From the NCBI GenBank assembly GCA_963804165.1, contig CAWDPO010000010.1:128001-192000 (forward strand): 64,000 bases of DNA. Reading direction: 5' to 3'. The translations under genes and the position numbers were made by a program. The stretch is from an uncultured delta proteobacterium. Its GTDB lineage: Bacteria; Desulfobacterota; Binatia; UBA9968. The notes below the pieces were generated by a model. That model saw only the letters and a program-made list of their open reading frames with translations. It did not search any database and was not told where the DNA came from. This document shows positions 1-9,657 of the stretch, piece by piece. Positions within the stretch are counted from its first letter, which is position 1; each line of letters starts with the position of its first letter.

Positions 1-1
1 C

Positions 2-775
2 GAAGTCGTTCAAACCAACGGATCCTTCGAAAACGTCAATTTGCTGGGCGCCGGCAAAGTTGATCTCGCGATCATGCAACTCGATGTCCTGCGATTCGTC
101 GCGGAGATCATGCTCAAAGAAACCGGCTTGAACGTTTTGCAGGAGACGAAGGTCGTTCTCAATCTCTATCCGGAGGAAATCCATATCATCACCAAAAAGC
201 CCGACATTCGGACGATACAAGATCTGCAAGGCAAGCGAGTCGCCGTCGGACCGGAAAAAAGCGGATCCGCGCTCACGGCGGAGGTATTGTTCGCCGGTTT
301 CAACTTGAACGTTGAACGCGTCTTTGATGCGCCTGACGCGGCGATCAAGCGGCTCGGCACCGGAGACCTCGATGCGCTGGTCTTTATCGGCGGTGCGCCC
401 GTCCCAGCGTTTCGCAATCTCGACAAAACGTTTCACTTCGTCTCGTTTCCGCCGAACAGTGGTTTGGAACAAATCTATATCAAGAAGAAGATCGAAAAAT
501 CAGTTTATGCTTGGGCGGATGACTTCGAGACCTACGCGGTCCCGTCGGTGATCATGACGCGAAATCGCGACGAACGGGATTACGCCGTGCAGCTACAAAA
601 ACTCGTCCTGTCGATTTTAGTGAACAAAGAGAACCTCGATGTCACCGGCCATCCCAAGTGGAAGGATTCTTACGTGCGCTCCACCTTGGGCGGCGTCGGC
701 TATAGCCCGACGACGGACGTCATTCAACTCTACAACGTTCTCGACAGTGTCGGCTATCGGATCATCAAGAAGTAA
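2..775 (+). CDS. TAXI family TRAP transporter solute-binding subunit (5' end outside window)
   Basis: Frame is open from base 2 (EVVQTNGSFENVNLL); LYPEEIHII and DLQGKRVAVGPEKSGS motifs are typical of TAXI proteins. Confidence 0.8.
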   Translation, partial: EVVQTNGSFENVNLLGAGKVDLAIMQLDVLRFVAEIMLKETGLNVLQETKVVLNLYPEEIHIITKKPDIRTIQDLQGKRVAVGPEKSGSALTAEVLFAGFNLNVERVFDAPDAAIKRLGTGDLDALVFIGGAPVPAFRNLDKTFHFVSFPPNSGLEQIYIKKKIEKSVYAWADDFETYAVPSVIMTRNRDERDYAVQLQKLVLSILVNKENLDVTGHPKWKDSYVRSTLGGVGYSPTTDVIQLYNVLDSVGYRIIKK

Positions 776-794
776 CCCGTCTTGGGCGAACGCA

Positions 795-1158
795 TCACTC
801 ATCGCGATGCACGGTCGCCAGCGAGAACGCCGGCAAGCACACCGCGATATACTCGGCGCCGGCGTGTCCGGGTGTGCTGTAGCGTACCCACTCGCCCGCA
901 TGGACGATGATGGCATGCCCCGAAGTGACTTTGTGAATCGCCTCCCGCGTCTCAACTTGCATCTCGCCTTTTAGTACGATCGTATATTCATCGAATTCGG
1001 GAGTCTGTCCCGGTTCACGCCCAACCTGACGGACTGGTCATCTTGGCGATGCTCACGGCTGGAGTTTGCGAATTTCTCCGTCCAATAAATTCTTCGATGA
1101 CCTTCGGTGGCTGTCCGGCCGCAGGAATAACAGTCGGTTTTGCGATCAATGTTGGCAT
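795..1158 (-). CDS. Cupin domain protein (one +1 frameshift near 1020; absent from ORF track)
   Basis: Manual translation: MPTLIAKPTVIPAAGQPPKVIEEFIGRRNS...SGW / REPGQTPEFDEYTIVLKGEMQVE...GEWVRYSTP...AEYIAVCLPAFS...HRDE*; length 364 nt = 363 + 1. Confidence 0.8.
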
Positions 1159-1191
1159 AGCTAAAGTATCTAAAGATAGAAACCCTGCTCG

Positions 1192-1584
1192 TTATTCCGC
1201 GCGGGTCGTCAGCTCGATCTTGTAGCCATTGGGATCTTCCAAGAAGGCGATGGCGTTGCTCCTGGTCCCATGTTTCATCGGGCCCGGCTCGCGCACAATC
1301 TTTACGCCTTTGGCGCGAAACTCTTCACAAGCTTTGTAAACGTCCGGCACGCCAAGTGCGATATGTCCGAAGCCGTTACCGATATCATAGGAGTGCGTAT
1401 CCCAGTTATAGGTCAGTTCGATGACCGCATCGGTTTCTTCCGAACCATACCCAACGAAGGCGTTGGTAAAGCGGCCCGACTCATATTCTCTCTTCTTGAG
1501 CAGTTTCATACCGAGACCTTCGCAATAAAACTTCAAACTTTCATCGAGATCATTCACCCGGATCATCGTATGGACGATTTTCAT
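1192..1584 (-). CDS. gloA: Lactoylglutathione lyase (glyoxalase I)
   Basis: HTMIRV, FYCEGLGMKLL, IELTYNW, GFGHIALGV and EDPNGYKIEL motifs. Confidence 0.92.
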   Translation of the reverse strand: MKIVHTMIRVNDLDESLKFYCEGLGMKLLKKREYESGRFTNAFVGYGSEETDAVIELTYNWDTHSYDIGNGFGHIALGVPDVYKACEEFRAKGVKIVREPGPMKHGTRSNAIAFLEDPNGYKIELTTRAE

Positions 1585-1648
1585 AATATTTCTCCCTCTT
1601 GAATGGAATGTTCAGCGTCGTTGATCACCGCGCCGGCAACGACAGATT

Positions 1649-2629
1649 CTAGTTCATCGCCTTGGCAAAGCCGCGGATCGTCTCTTCTCTGCTCCCTCCC
1701 GGCGGGCTGTAGGGGATAATTGCGATCTGTTGGATGCCGGTTTTCTTGATGCGCTCGATTTGCGCGCGGCATTGATCGACCGTTCCGGCGATGGCGAATT
1801 TGTCGACGAGCCAATCGGGGATCACTTCGGCGTGGTTCGCCTGCTGGTCCATGTGATGGTAGTAGTCGTAAGTCTTGCGAATCTCTTCGAGAACTTTCTG
1901 CTCATTCGGGTCGAGCACATACGGCAGCGGATGCGCGACAACGCGAGCGACGTGGGCTTTCACCGCGTCCTTCGCGGGCGCGGTGTCGGAAACCGCGCAG
2001 GGAACCCAGAGCACCAAATTAATATCTGCCGATTTGCGGCCGGCCGCTTCCGCTCCCTTAGCGATCTTTTCTTGGGCATGCGCGATATACTCGTCGGCGA
2101 CACCGACCAGAACGATGATGCCGTCGGCAATGCGGCCGGAAAGTTCGAGCATCCGCGGTCCACTGGCGGCGATATAAATCGGCACTTTGTTTTTGCACGG
2201 ATGAAGCAGGTGAATTCTTCCGCTCGGCAGTTGCGCCTCTTTGCCGGCAAAGAGCTCGCGCATTTGCTCCAATGATTTTTCGAAATTCGCCAGCGTCGAC
2301 GGTTTCAGGCCCATGGTTTCGACCGAGCTGTCACCCAAGCCGATGCCGACGATCATACGACCCGGCGAATATTCTTCCAAAGTCGCGTAAGCGCTGGCCA
2401 GCACGGAAGGATGGCGCGTCAGCGGATTCGTCACACCTGTGCCAAGCTTCACCTTCGTCGTGTTGAGCGCCATCGCCGCCATGTTGACGTAGGCTTCGCG
2501 CCAGATGAGATGCGAGTCGCCGACCCAGATATGCGTGAAGCCCAGCTCTTCGCTGACTTTGGCGAGATGAATCATTTTCTGCAGCGGTTCCGTCGGAAAT
2601 AGTCCAACGCCAAAATCAAAAGCGCTCAC
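1649..2629 (-). CDS. LLM-class flavin/F420-dependent oxidoreductase (Mer-like)
   Basis: WVGDSH, LGTGVTNPLTRHP, GIGLGDS and PIYIAASGPRMLELSGRIADG motifs. Confidence 0.85.
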   Translation of the reverse strand: MSAFDFGVGLFPTEPLQKMIHLAKVSEELGFTHIWVGDSHLIWREAYVNMAAMALNTTKVKLGTGVTNPLTRHPSVLASAYATLEEYSPGRMIVGIGLGDSSVETMGLKPSTLANFEKSLEQMRELFAGKEAQLPSGRIHLLHPCKNKVPIYIAASGPRMLELSGRIADGIIVLVGVADEYIAHAQEKIAKGAEAAGRKSADINLVLWVPCAVSDTAPAKDAVKAHVARVVAHPLPYVLDPNEQKVLEEIRKTYDYYHHMDQQANHAEVIPDWLVDKFAIAGTVDQCRAQIERIKKTGIQQIAIIPYSPPGGSREETIRGFAKAMN

Positions 2630-2641
2630 TCTGATTCTCCT

Positions 2642-3814
2642 TCAACAGCAAGATGGGCTGGCGACGCGTTCCGGCGGAGGGGTTTGCTGGCTCCGACCAG
2701 CCACCTGCACCACGCCGTCGATGATGACATAGGAAATGCCCGGCAGATCACCCTTGGCGAACGAGTCGAGCGCGTCCTGCGCCACCGACCCGGTGATCTT
2801 GTGCAACAACACGAGATCGGCGGGCCGTCCTTCTTCCAATATTCCCAGATTCAGATCATGGGCGCGCCCGACGTTGCCCGTCGCCATGCAAATGGTTTTT
2901 TCCGGCGCTATTTCGCCGACGGAAGAAATGAAAGCGATCTCACGCAAGATGCCGCGCGGCACGACACCCGTACCGCCCGGAGTGTCGGTGCCCAGGAGCA
3001 CCCGAGGGTACAAATTTTTCGCTTTGACGGCCCGGGCAAGAATTAACGCCAGGCGATAATTTCCCGAGGTGCAGATTTCCATGAAACATTCAGTCTCGTT
3101 GGCGATCCGAATCATGTCTTCTTCCGGCATCGGAATGGGCCCGCCGGTGATGTGGCCGATAATGTCGGGCTTGATTTTTTGTACCATCTCGAATCCCGCG
3201 ACTTGACTGACACCGGAACGTGAAACACCGCCGGAATGAATCTTTACTTTGATGCCGCGCGCGTGCGCCCAGCGCACGTAGCGCTCGGCTTCGCCGTTGG
3301 GGAGCAGGCTGTAATCGTAGAAGATAAATTTGACCAGCTTGATACCGAGGGAGTGAATCTCTTCAAAGTCTTTCTCGGTGAGACCGGGAACCAGCAGCAA
3401 TGTGCCGGCGTGCACTTTCACGCCCGATGGCCGCAGGTTGTCGTAGCAACGTTTTGTGACAATCGCCACCGACAGCGCCGTGCGCGCGTCGGGCGGCAAA
3501 GGAAGTCCGGGCAAATGCAGCTCGCCGGCGGAAATCAGTGACGTCACGCCGCCGTGCATATAATTCGTAATCCAGCCCAGTGAATTTTGCGCCGGCGTAT
3601 ATTCGCCGATGGATGGGTGCGAATGCGAATCGATCAAGCCGGGGATCGCGGTGATGCCATTGGCATCGATGGTTTGGTCGGCGGCTTGATTGAGATCATT
3701 GCCAATCGCTTCCACGACACCGTCTTTGATGAAAATGGAATTGGCCTGTCTGAGCGGGCTTTCCAGTTTACCGGTAACCAATGTGCCGATGTTTTTGATC
3801 AGGATGGAAGACAT
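2642..3814 (-). CDS. Amidohydrolase, enamidase-like
   Basis: IKNIG N-terminus, PGLIDSHSH metal motif, MHGGVTSLISAGE, HSGG, HITGGP, GTDTPGGTG; resembles Eubacterium barkeri enamidase as recalled. Confidence 0.8.
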   Translation of the reverse strand: MSSILIKNIGTLVTGKLESPLRQANSIFIKDGVVEAIGNDLNQAADQTIDANGITAIPGLIDSHSHPSIGEYTPAQNSLGWITNYMHGGVTSLISAGELHLPGLPLPPDARTALSVAIVTKRCYDNLRPSGVKVHAGTLLLVPGLTEKDFEEIHSLGIKLVKFIFYDYSLLPNGEAERYVRWAHARGIKVKIHSGGVSRSGVSQVAGFEMVQKIKPDIIGHITGGPIPMPEEDMIRIANETECFMEICTSGNYRLALILARAVKAKNLYPRVLLGTDTPGGTGVVPRGILREIAFISSVGEIAPEKTICMATGNVGRAHDLNLGILEEGRPADLVLLHKITGSVAQDALDSFAKGDLPGISYVIIDGVVQVAGRSQQTPPPERVASPSCC

Positions 3815-3901
3815 GAGCGGACTATAGCAAAGCCTTGGCAGTAGAAAAAGCGAAGCAATTTATAGCAGCCTGAACTCGAATGCCCGCAAAAAAATGATAC
3901 C

Positions 3902-4708
3902 GTGACTCCTAAGATGCGCCATTTGATTTGGAACGTGGACCCGGCGATTTCTCATTCTCGGTCCATTCGAAATTCGCTGGTACGGGTTCTTTTTCGCGCT
4001 CGGATTTTTCCTCGGCTTTCGGATCATGGCGCAGTTTTACTGCCGGAACAGCGAGATCTCGAAAATTTATCCGAGCTCTGTCTGTATCTGATGCTCGGTA
4101 CGATCATCGGCGCGAGGCTCGGTCATGTTTTGCTTTATCAACCAGACTATTTCCTACGGCACCCATGGGAAATTCTTATGATCTGGCAGGGCGGATTGGC
4201 GAGCCACGGCGGTTTCGCCGGCGTCCTGATCTCGCTCTATCTCCATCTCAAAAAACACCGCGACATGAGCTTCATCGAGCTTGCCGACCGCCTTGCGATA
4301 CCTTGCCTGTTGGCGGCGGCGCTGATCCGCGTCGGTAATTGTTTTAATTCGGAGATTCTCGGCGTCCCATCAAACCTGCCGTGGGCCATCGTTTTCGCCC
4401 ACGTTGACAGTATTCCCCGACATCCGGCGATGCTCTACGAAGCAACTGTGTACTTTGTCGTTTTTTGCGTGCTGTACGTCGCCTACTGGAAGACCGCGAT
4501 CATTCAATTTCCCGGCAGAGTCTTCGGCACGACGCTAGCGACCTGCTTTCTTGCCCGTTTCATGATCGAATTCGTCAAAGAAAATCAGGTGCCATTCGAG
4601 AACCGCATGCCTTTGAACATGGGCCAACTGATGAGCATTCCCTTTTTCCTGGCGGGTGGGTATCTCATCTACGCGTCACGAAGAATACCGAGAACAAATG
4701 GACCATGA
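3902..4708 (+). CDS. lgt: Prolipoprotein diacylglyceryl transferase (two compensating frameshifts near the N-terminus)
   Basis: GARLGHV, IWQGGLASHGG, RVGN and PRHPAMLYE; the conserved IRWYG motif lies in another frame between about 3950 and 4046. Confidence 0.88.
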   Translation: MTPKMRHLIWNVDPAISHSRSIRNSLVRVLFRARIFPRLSDHGAVLLPEQRDLENLSELCLYLMLGTIIGARLGHVLLYQPDYFLRHPWEILMIWQGGLASHGGFAGVLISLYLHLKKHRDMSFIELADRLAIPCLLAAALIRVGNCFNSEILGVPSNLPWAIVFAHVDSIPRHPAMLYEATVYFVVFCVLYVAYWKTAIIQFPGRVFGTTLATCFLARFMIEFVKENQVPFENRMPLNMGQLMSIPFFLAGGYLIYASRRIPRTNGP

Positions 4709-4734
4709 AATCCTCCGCCTGCCAAACAGGATCG

Positions 4735-7419
4735 TTATTTAGGCTGCGGCCCCAAGACGACCTGCGCCAGATCTTCGAGCCGTAACCATTTTGCAAACGC
4801 CGCTTGGACGTCTGCGGCTGTGAACGCCGCGTAGCGCTTGGCCGCACTGATGGGCTCGTCCAGCGGCAGATCGCGCGTCGAACGCTCGAGTAACCCGCCG
4901 GCGATGCCTTGGATGCTCGATTCACTGAGCGGTATGGCCCGCAGCAGCAAGACTTTCGCTTGAGTCAGTTCGGCGGCCGTAACTGGTTTGGTTTGCATGC
5001 TTCGCAAATTGCGCTCGATGAGCGACCTGGCTTTGCGTACGTTCGGCGGGTCGCAAGCATAGGAAACGGCAAATACGGAGCGGCTCTTGCCGGCCTGTAG
5101 CTGAGCATCTATGGAGTACACGAGACCACTTTTTTCCCGTAAATCCTGATAGAGCCGGCTGGCGTAAAAGCCGCCGGACAAAACTTGCAGGCCGACCTGG
5201 AGCGCGTAGTAGTCATCGTCTTGACGCTTGAGCTCGAAGCTCTGGCCCAAGGTTACCTCATCTTGAACCCGGCTCCGATCCGGGACGACGGTGACGCTTG
5301 CCTTATTGCGCGGCACTGGTGGCAAATCCGTTTCGGGTCTTGGACCCGTGGCTTGCCACGAAGCAAAATATTTTTCGATGACGGCGCGAGCATGCTCCGG
5401 TGTCACTTTGCCGATGACAACGATGGTGGTCAGATCGGGTCTGAACGCTTTCTCATGATAGCGACGCACGTCTTCGAGCGTCAGCGAGGCGATCGTATCC
5501 GGAGTCACCTCACGCAGCGTCGGATCCTTCTCGGGATAAACCGCTTTTAGAATGGCGCGTCCCGAGCGGTAAACCGGACTTTGCAGTTGGCCTGCCACGG
5601 CTTGAGCGGTGCGCTGCTGCACGGCTTTGAAGGCCGCTTCCGGCAGCGCGGGATGCAATAGGTTATCCGCAAGCAACTCCACGCCGCGCGCAAAACCGTC
5701 AGGAAGGGACTCGAGTGAAAAGCTGGTTCCGGCGTGCGCGTTGGCGCCGATCTCATCGAGAGCTTCTTGAAAAGCGATACGATCAAGGTTCGTCGAGCCG
5801 TAAGCGAACAGATCGTTGAGAATCCGATCGGCTCCTTCTTTACCGGCCGGCACCTGGAGCTCAGGACGATTTTTCACCCGGCCGTACACGCTGACGGTGT
5901 CGCTGATGGTTTCCGGTTGAATGATGAGACGCAATCCGTTGGACAGCTCGGTAACGCTCGGATTGACGGTGGACGTCGGCACGGCCAACGGTGAAAGAGC
6001 TTTTTTCGCCCAAGCCGGCAGTGGCACTGCTTTCGTCTGCTTCGGCGCAAAGGATTCGCTGCCGGAGCGCGAGCCTTCGGAGGCCACGGCCTCGCCCGAT
6101 TCGTGCGGCGTCATAATCACCGTAACCGCGCTGTCGTTGATGAGGTATTTTCTCGCCACCCGATTCACATCGGCGACGGTAACCTTTTTGATCGCTTCGA
6201 TGTCGTCGTCGATAGAAGTGCGTCCCTCGACGCTCAGCGCTTGCGACCATTCAGCGGCCAATCCGGCAATAGAGTTTCGGCGAAATTCCGCTTCCGCCAC
6301 TTCGCGGCGCTTGGTCGCTTCGACTAAATCGGCGCTCACGCCTTTGTCGACGTAGCCGGCGATGATGGCTTTCATTTGCCTAATTAGAGCAGCGCTATCT
6401 TGGCCGCGCGGGAACGCGGCGTTCGCGTAGCCGAAACCGGCCATAGGCAACGCCGTGCCGTCAAAACCGCCGGATAGGGCTTTGCCTTCGGCGGCAAGAG
6501 CGTAAAGTTCGCCGCGACGGCTATCGAGAGCATCGGCCAGGACCACACCGGCGGCATAATCGGGGTCGTTGAAGCCCGGCAATCGATAAGCCACGGCAGC
6601 CAATCCGTAGGGCAGATCCGAATCCACCTCGATGGTCGCAGGCTTTAACGGCCGCAGCGCGATTTTTGGCCGCGCCGGCACAGTGCGGGCCGGAATCGAT
6701 TCAAACAATTGCTTGACCGTTGTCAGCGCCGTGTTGGGATTGACGTCGCCGACGATCACCAGGATCGCATTGTTCGGCGCGTACCACTTGCGGTGAAAAT
6801 CCTTGAGCATTGCGCCCGTGGTTTTTTGAAACGACGGGCGGGTACCCAGCGCGTCGTGGGCGTAGGTCGTTCCGGCAAACATTTGCGCTAGCAAACGCGA
6901 GTAAAATAAATACTGCGGATTGGAATAATCCTGCGCCACCTCTTGCTCGATGGCGCCTCGCTCTTGGCGCCACAGCGCGTCGGTGGCGAGCACATCGCGC
7001 ATCCGCACTGCCTCGATGCGCAGCGCGGTTTCGAGGTCGCCGGTTGGCACGGTCAAAAAATATTGGGTGACGACTTGTTGGGTGTTTGCATTGAAATTGC
7101 CACCCATGGCTGCGATCAAGCTGGAAAGCTGCGCGGACGAAAGTCCGGGGCTGCCGCGAAACATCATATGCTCCAACGCGTGGGCCATGCCGGGAAACCC
7201 GGCAGGAGCTTCGTTGGAGCCGACCAGGTAGTTGATCTGCGTCGTCACCACGGGCGCGAGAGAGTTGCGCACGATCACCACGCGCAGGCCGTTTTTCAGC
7301 GTTGCGCGGGTGATGTTGGTTTCCGTTGCCGCGCTGGCGACGACCGCGACTCCGAGAACAACCAAACTCACCCAGGCCGTCATCGCTGTTAAGAATTTTT
7401 TCCGTCGCATATGTGTCAA
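4735..7419 (-). CDS. M16 (pitrilysin-like) zinc peptidase, exported, two-half fusion
   Basis: HALEH inverted zinc motif, LKNGLRV and LSNGLRL repeats, SRLYQDLREKSGLVY, N-terminal signal peptide. Confidence 0.9.
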   Translation of the reverse strand: MTHMRRKKFLTAMTAWVSLVVLGVAVVASAATETNITRATLKNGLRVVIVRNSLAPVVTTQINYLVGSNEAPAGFPGMAHALEHMMFRGSPGLSSAQLSSLIAAMGGNFNANTQQVVTQYFLTVPTGDLETALRIEAVRMRDVLATDALWRQERGAIEQEVAQDYSNPQYLFYSRLLAQMFAGTTYAHDALGTRPSFQKTTGAMLKDFHRKWYAPNNAILVIVGDVNPNTALTTVKQLFESIPARTVPARPKIALRPLKPATIEVDSDLPYGLAAVAYRLPGFNDPDYAAGVVLADALDSRRGELYALAAEGKALSGGFDGTALPMAGFGYANAAFPRGQDSAALIRQMKAIIAGYVDKGVSADLVEATKRREVAEAEFRRNSIAGLAAEWSQALSVEGRTSIDDDIEAIKKVTVADVNRVARKYLINDSAVTVIMTPHESGEAVASEGSRSGSESFAPKQTKAVPLPAWAKKALSPLAVPTSTVNPSVTELSNGLRLIIQPETISDTVSVYGRVKNRPELQVPAGKEGADRILNDLFAYGSTNLDRIAFQEALDEIGANAHAGTSFSLESLPDGFARGVELLADNLLHPALPEAAFKAVQQRTAQAVAGQLQSPVYRSGRAILKAVYPEKDPTLREVTPDTIASLTLEDVRRYHEKAFRPDLTTIVVIGKVTPEHARAVIEKYFASWQATGPRPETDLPPVPRNKASVTVVPDRSRVQDEVTLGQSFELKRQDDDYYALQVGLQVLSGGFYASRLYQDLREKSGLVYSIDAQLQAGKSRSVFAVSYACDPPNVRKARSLIERNLRSMQTKPVTAAELTQAKVLLLRAIPLSESSIQGIAGGLLERSTRDLPLDEPISAAKRYAAFTAADVQAAFAKWLRLEDLAQVVLGPQPK

Positions 7420-7446
7420 ATTGCACTGCTTCGCAGGCGCCCAAAC

Positions 7447-8199
7447 CTACTCTTCCAGCATAGCTAATATCAGCATCAATCCAACACCCATGCCGATGGC
7501 GAGCAGTTGCACCAATGATTTGCCCAGGGTGGTCTCCTTGTTTAGCTCCGGCATCAAGTCGCATCCGGCGATATAAATGAATCCACCGGCTGCCAGCGGC
7601 AACACCATGCCGGAAAAATCCGCGACTCTAGACCCAACCAAGAGCGATGCGACCGTTCCCAAAATCGCGAATAAAGCCGATAGGAAATTGAAGAATAGCG
7701 CCTCCCTTTTCGTAAAGCCGGCGTAGAGTAATACAAAAAAATTGCCCAATTCATGCGGTATCTCGTGAAAAATCACAGCGACGGTCGTCGCTACGCCCAC
7801 CTGCAGATTGATCGCATAAGAGGCTCCGATAATGACCCCGTCGATGAAGTTGTGGGCGCCATCAGCGAGCAAATTCATATACCCCACCGGGTGGATGGAG
7901 TGATCGGATGTTAAAACGTGCTGGTGTCTCCACAGAAGAAACTTCTCCAGAACGAAGAAAGCAAATATACCGGCCAAAACCAAAAGGGAGGCTTGCAGCT
8001 TATTGCCTAATCTTTCGAAGGACTCCGGCAATAGGTGTATGAAAGCGTCTCCGAATAAACCGCCGACCGCCAGGCTGACCATGAAGAATATAAAGCGCTT
8101 CAGTTTTTCCTCGCCGACTGAAATAAAGGCGAGGCCGATAAGCGAGAGTAGGCTGACTAAAATGACACTGGTGAGACTATAGGACCAAATGACCGACGT
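7447..8199 (-). CDS. ZIP family metal transporter (true start uncertain; frame extends upstream of 8082)
   Basis: HLLPE, HNFIDG, HEIPHELG and GGFIYIA motifs; upstream in-frame hydrophobic segment VIWSYSLTSVILVSLLSLIG. Confidence 0.88.
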   Translation of the reverse strand, partial: TSVIWSYSLTSVILVSLLSLIGLAFISVGEEKLKRFIFFMVSLAVGGLFGDAFIHLLPESFERLGNKLQASLLVLAGIFAFFVLEKFLLWRHQHVLTSDHSIHPVGYMNLLADGAHNFIDGVIIGASYAINLQVGVATTVAVIFHEIPHELGNFFVLLYAGFTKREALFFNFLSALFAILGTVASLLVGSRVADFSGMVLPLAAGGFIYIAGCDLMPELNKETTLGKSLVQLLAIGMGVGLMLILAMLEE

Positions 8200-8211
8200 G
8201 GCGTCCCCTTT

Positions 8212-9657
8212 TCATCCGGCGAACAGATCGCGCAGAATTTCTTTGACGGCGTCCGCCGACGCCTCATCGAGACGCGCGGCGCCGACCAATGGTACAATTC
8301 TCTGAAACTGCTTTTCCCAGTTGATCGTACCATTGTCGATGCGCACCAATCTCATATCGACCCAAGTTCTTAGCGGTGCGCGGCCGTCAGTGTTCCAACG
8401 GCGGATGTCAGAAAGTAGCAACCAACCGGAAAGGTTCGCAGCGCGCGCATTGGTCGCCGCGCTGGCCGCTTCAAACGGAAAGGACTGGAGACGCGCATCG
8501 CGCTCTTCGGGAAAGGACACGGCAATCCTTCTTTGTTCTAACTCTCGTTTCATCGAGCCGCGCAGCAGATCCATCACCGTCGGCCGGTAATCCGGAGAGA
8601 TTTTACCAGCAATTTCGCCAAGGGAGCGAAGCGGATTGGTGCCGGGTAGACGCAAGTCGCTGCCGGTGCTATTGCGCACCGGTGCCAGCCATACCGTATT
8701 TTGACCCAACGCTTGCAAGTCCAGTGGCGCTGAATCTTTTTGCGCGCTGCAGCCAACGCCAAGAAGTAACAGCGCGGCCAATAAGCCGGCCGAACCCCGA
8801 CTTTTTCGAACGATCAGTTGGATCGCGTAGACAAGAAAAATCACTACGCAGCCAAACGCTACATCGGTCGGCCCCAGCGGCAAATCCAGGCGCACCGATG
8901 AATAGAAACCAAAGATGGCGATGAACAAACCAATGAGCGACGACAGCGACAGAAACGAGCTCATACCACGCGCGAGCGATCTTGCCGCCAACGGCGGCAG
9001 CACCATGAAACCAAACACCAATAACGGCCCCGCCATGATGACACCGATTGCGATGCTGAAGCCGCACAGCACGTACAACCAGAAACTCCACCGGACACCG
9101 CCACCGGTCACTAGGAACGACAGGTCGCGATCGAAGGAATTGAGCAAGAACTCGCGTCGAAAAAGCACCAAACCGAGATAGACGGCACCGTAAACCACAG
9201 CCAGTAGCTTCAGCTCTTCCCTGGAGAGCGAAATGACTTCACCCTTGAGCAAGTTTAGAATCTCCAACTCACCGGCCGGATTGAAAACGACAAATAGAAT
9301 CGTCAGTGCCGAGGCGAAAGCGTAGGCGGCCGCCAGCCGGCTTTCGGGCGAGCCGGTCGCGTGACGGTCGAGATACGCGAGCAGGCCCATACCGACGAGC
9401 GTAAACACCAGCGAGCCTACCATAGCCAAGAGTCTCTCGCCTCCCGTGCCGTGACTCACGCCCACGGCATGAGATAACCAAAAGGTGAAGGCCACGCCGC
9501 ACGCGGCGATCTGCGGCAGGGTCAAACCGAGAAAAATTCGCCGGCGCAACATCAGATGGGCGCCAACCAGCGGGCAAACAAACGCCAGAATCGCGCTGCC
9601 GAGTAACGCCGGGAAAAGCAAGAACGACGGACTGAGAACATCAAAGAAACTCACCAC
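8212..9657 (-). CDS. Metal ABC transporter permease (ZnuB/MntB-like) fused to a C-terminal soluble domain
   Basis: About 290 aa multi-TM ABC-3 permease (RRIFLGLTLPQIA, SFDRDL, GPLLVFGFMVLPP) followed by LLLLGVGC and about 180 hydrophilic aa. Confidence 0.8.
   Translation of the reverse strand: MVSFFDVLSPSFLLFPALLGSAILAFVCPLVGAHLMLRRRIFLGLTLPQIAACGVAFTFWLSHAVGVSHGTGGERLLAMVGSLVFTLVGMGLLAYLDRHATGSPESRLAAAYAFASALTILFVVFNPAGELEILNLLKGEVISLSREELKLLAVVYGAVYLGLVLFRREFLLNSFDRDLSFLVTGGGVRWSFWLYVLCGFSIAIGVIMAGPLLVFGFMVLPPLAARSLARGMSSFLSLSSLIGLFIAIFGFYSSVRLDLPLGPTDVAFGCVVIFLVYAIQLIVRKSRGSAGLLAALLLLGVGCSAQKDSAPLDLQALGQNTVWLAPVRNSTGSDLRLPGTNPLRSLGEIAGKISPDYRPTVMDLLRGSMKRELEQRRIAVSFPEERDARLQSFPFEAASAATNARAANLSGWLLLSDIRRWNTDGRAPLRTWVDMRLVRIDNGTINWEKQFQRIVPLVGAARLDEASADAVKEILRDLFAG

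Noticed and set aside
639-974. Plus-strand ORF containing ILGAGVSGCAVAYPLA, resembling an FAD-binding GxGxxG motif
   Set aside because: It is the antisense of the well-supported cupin gene; the motif is coincidental
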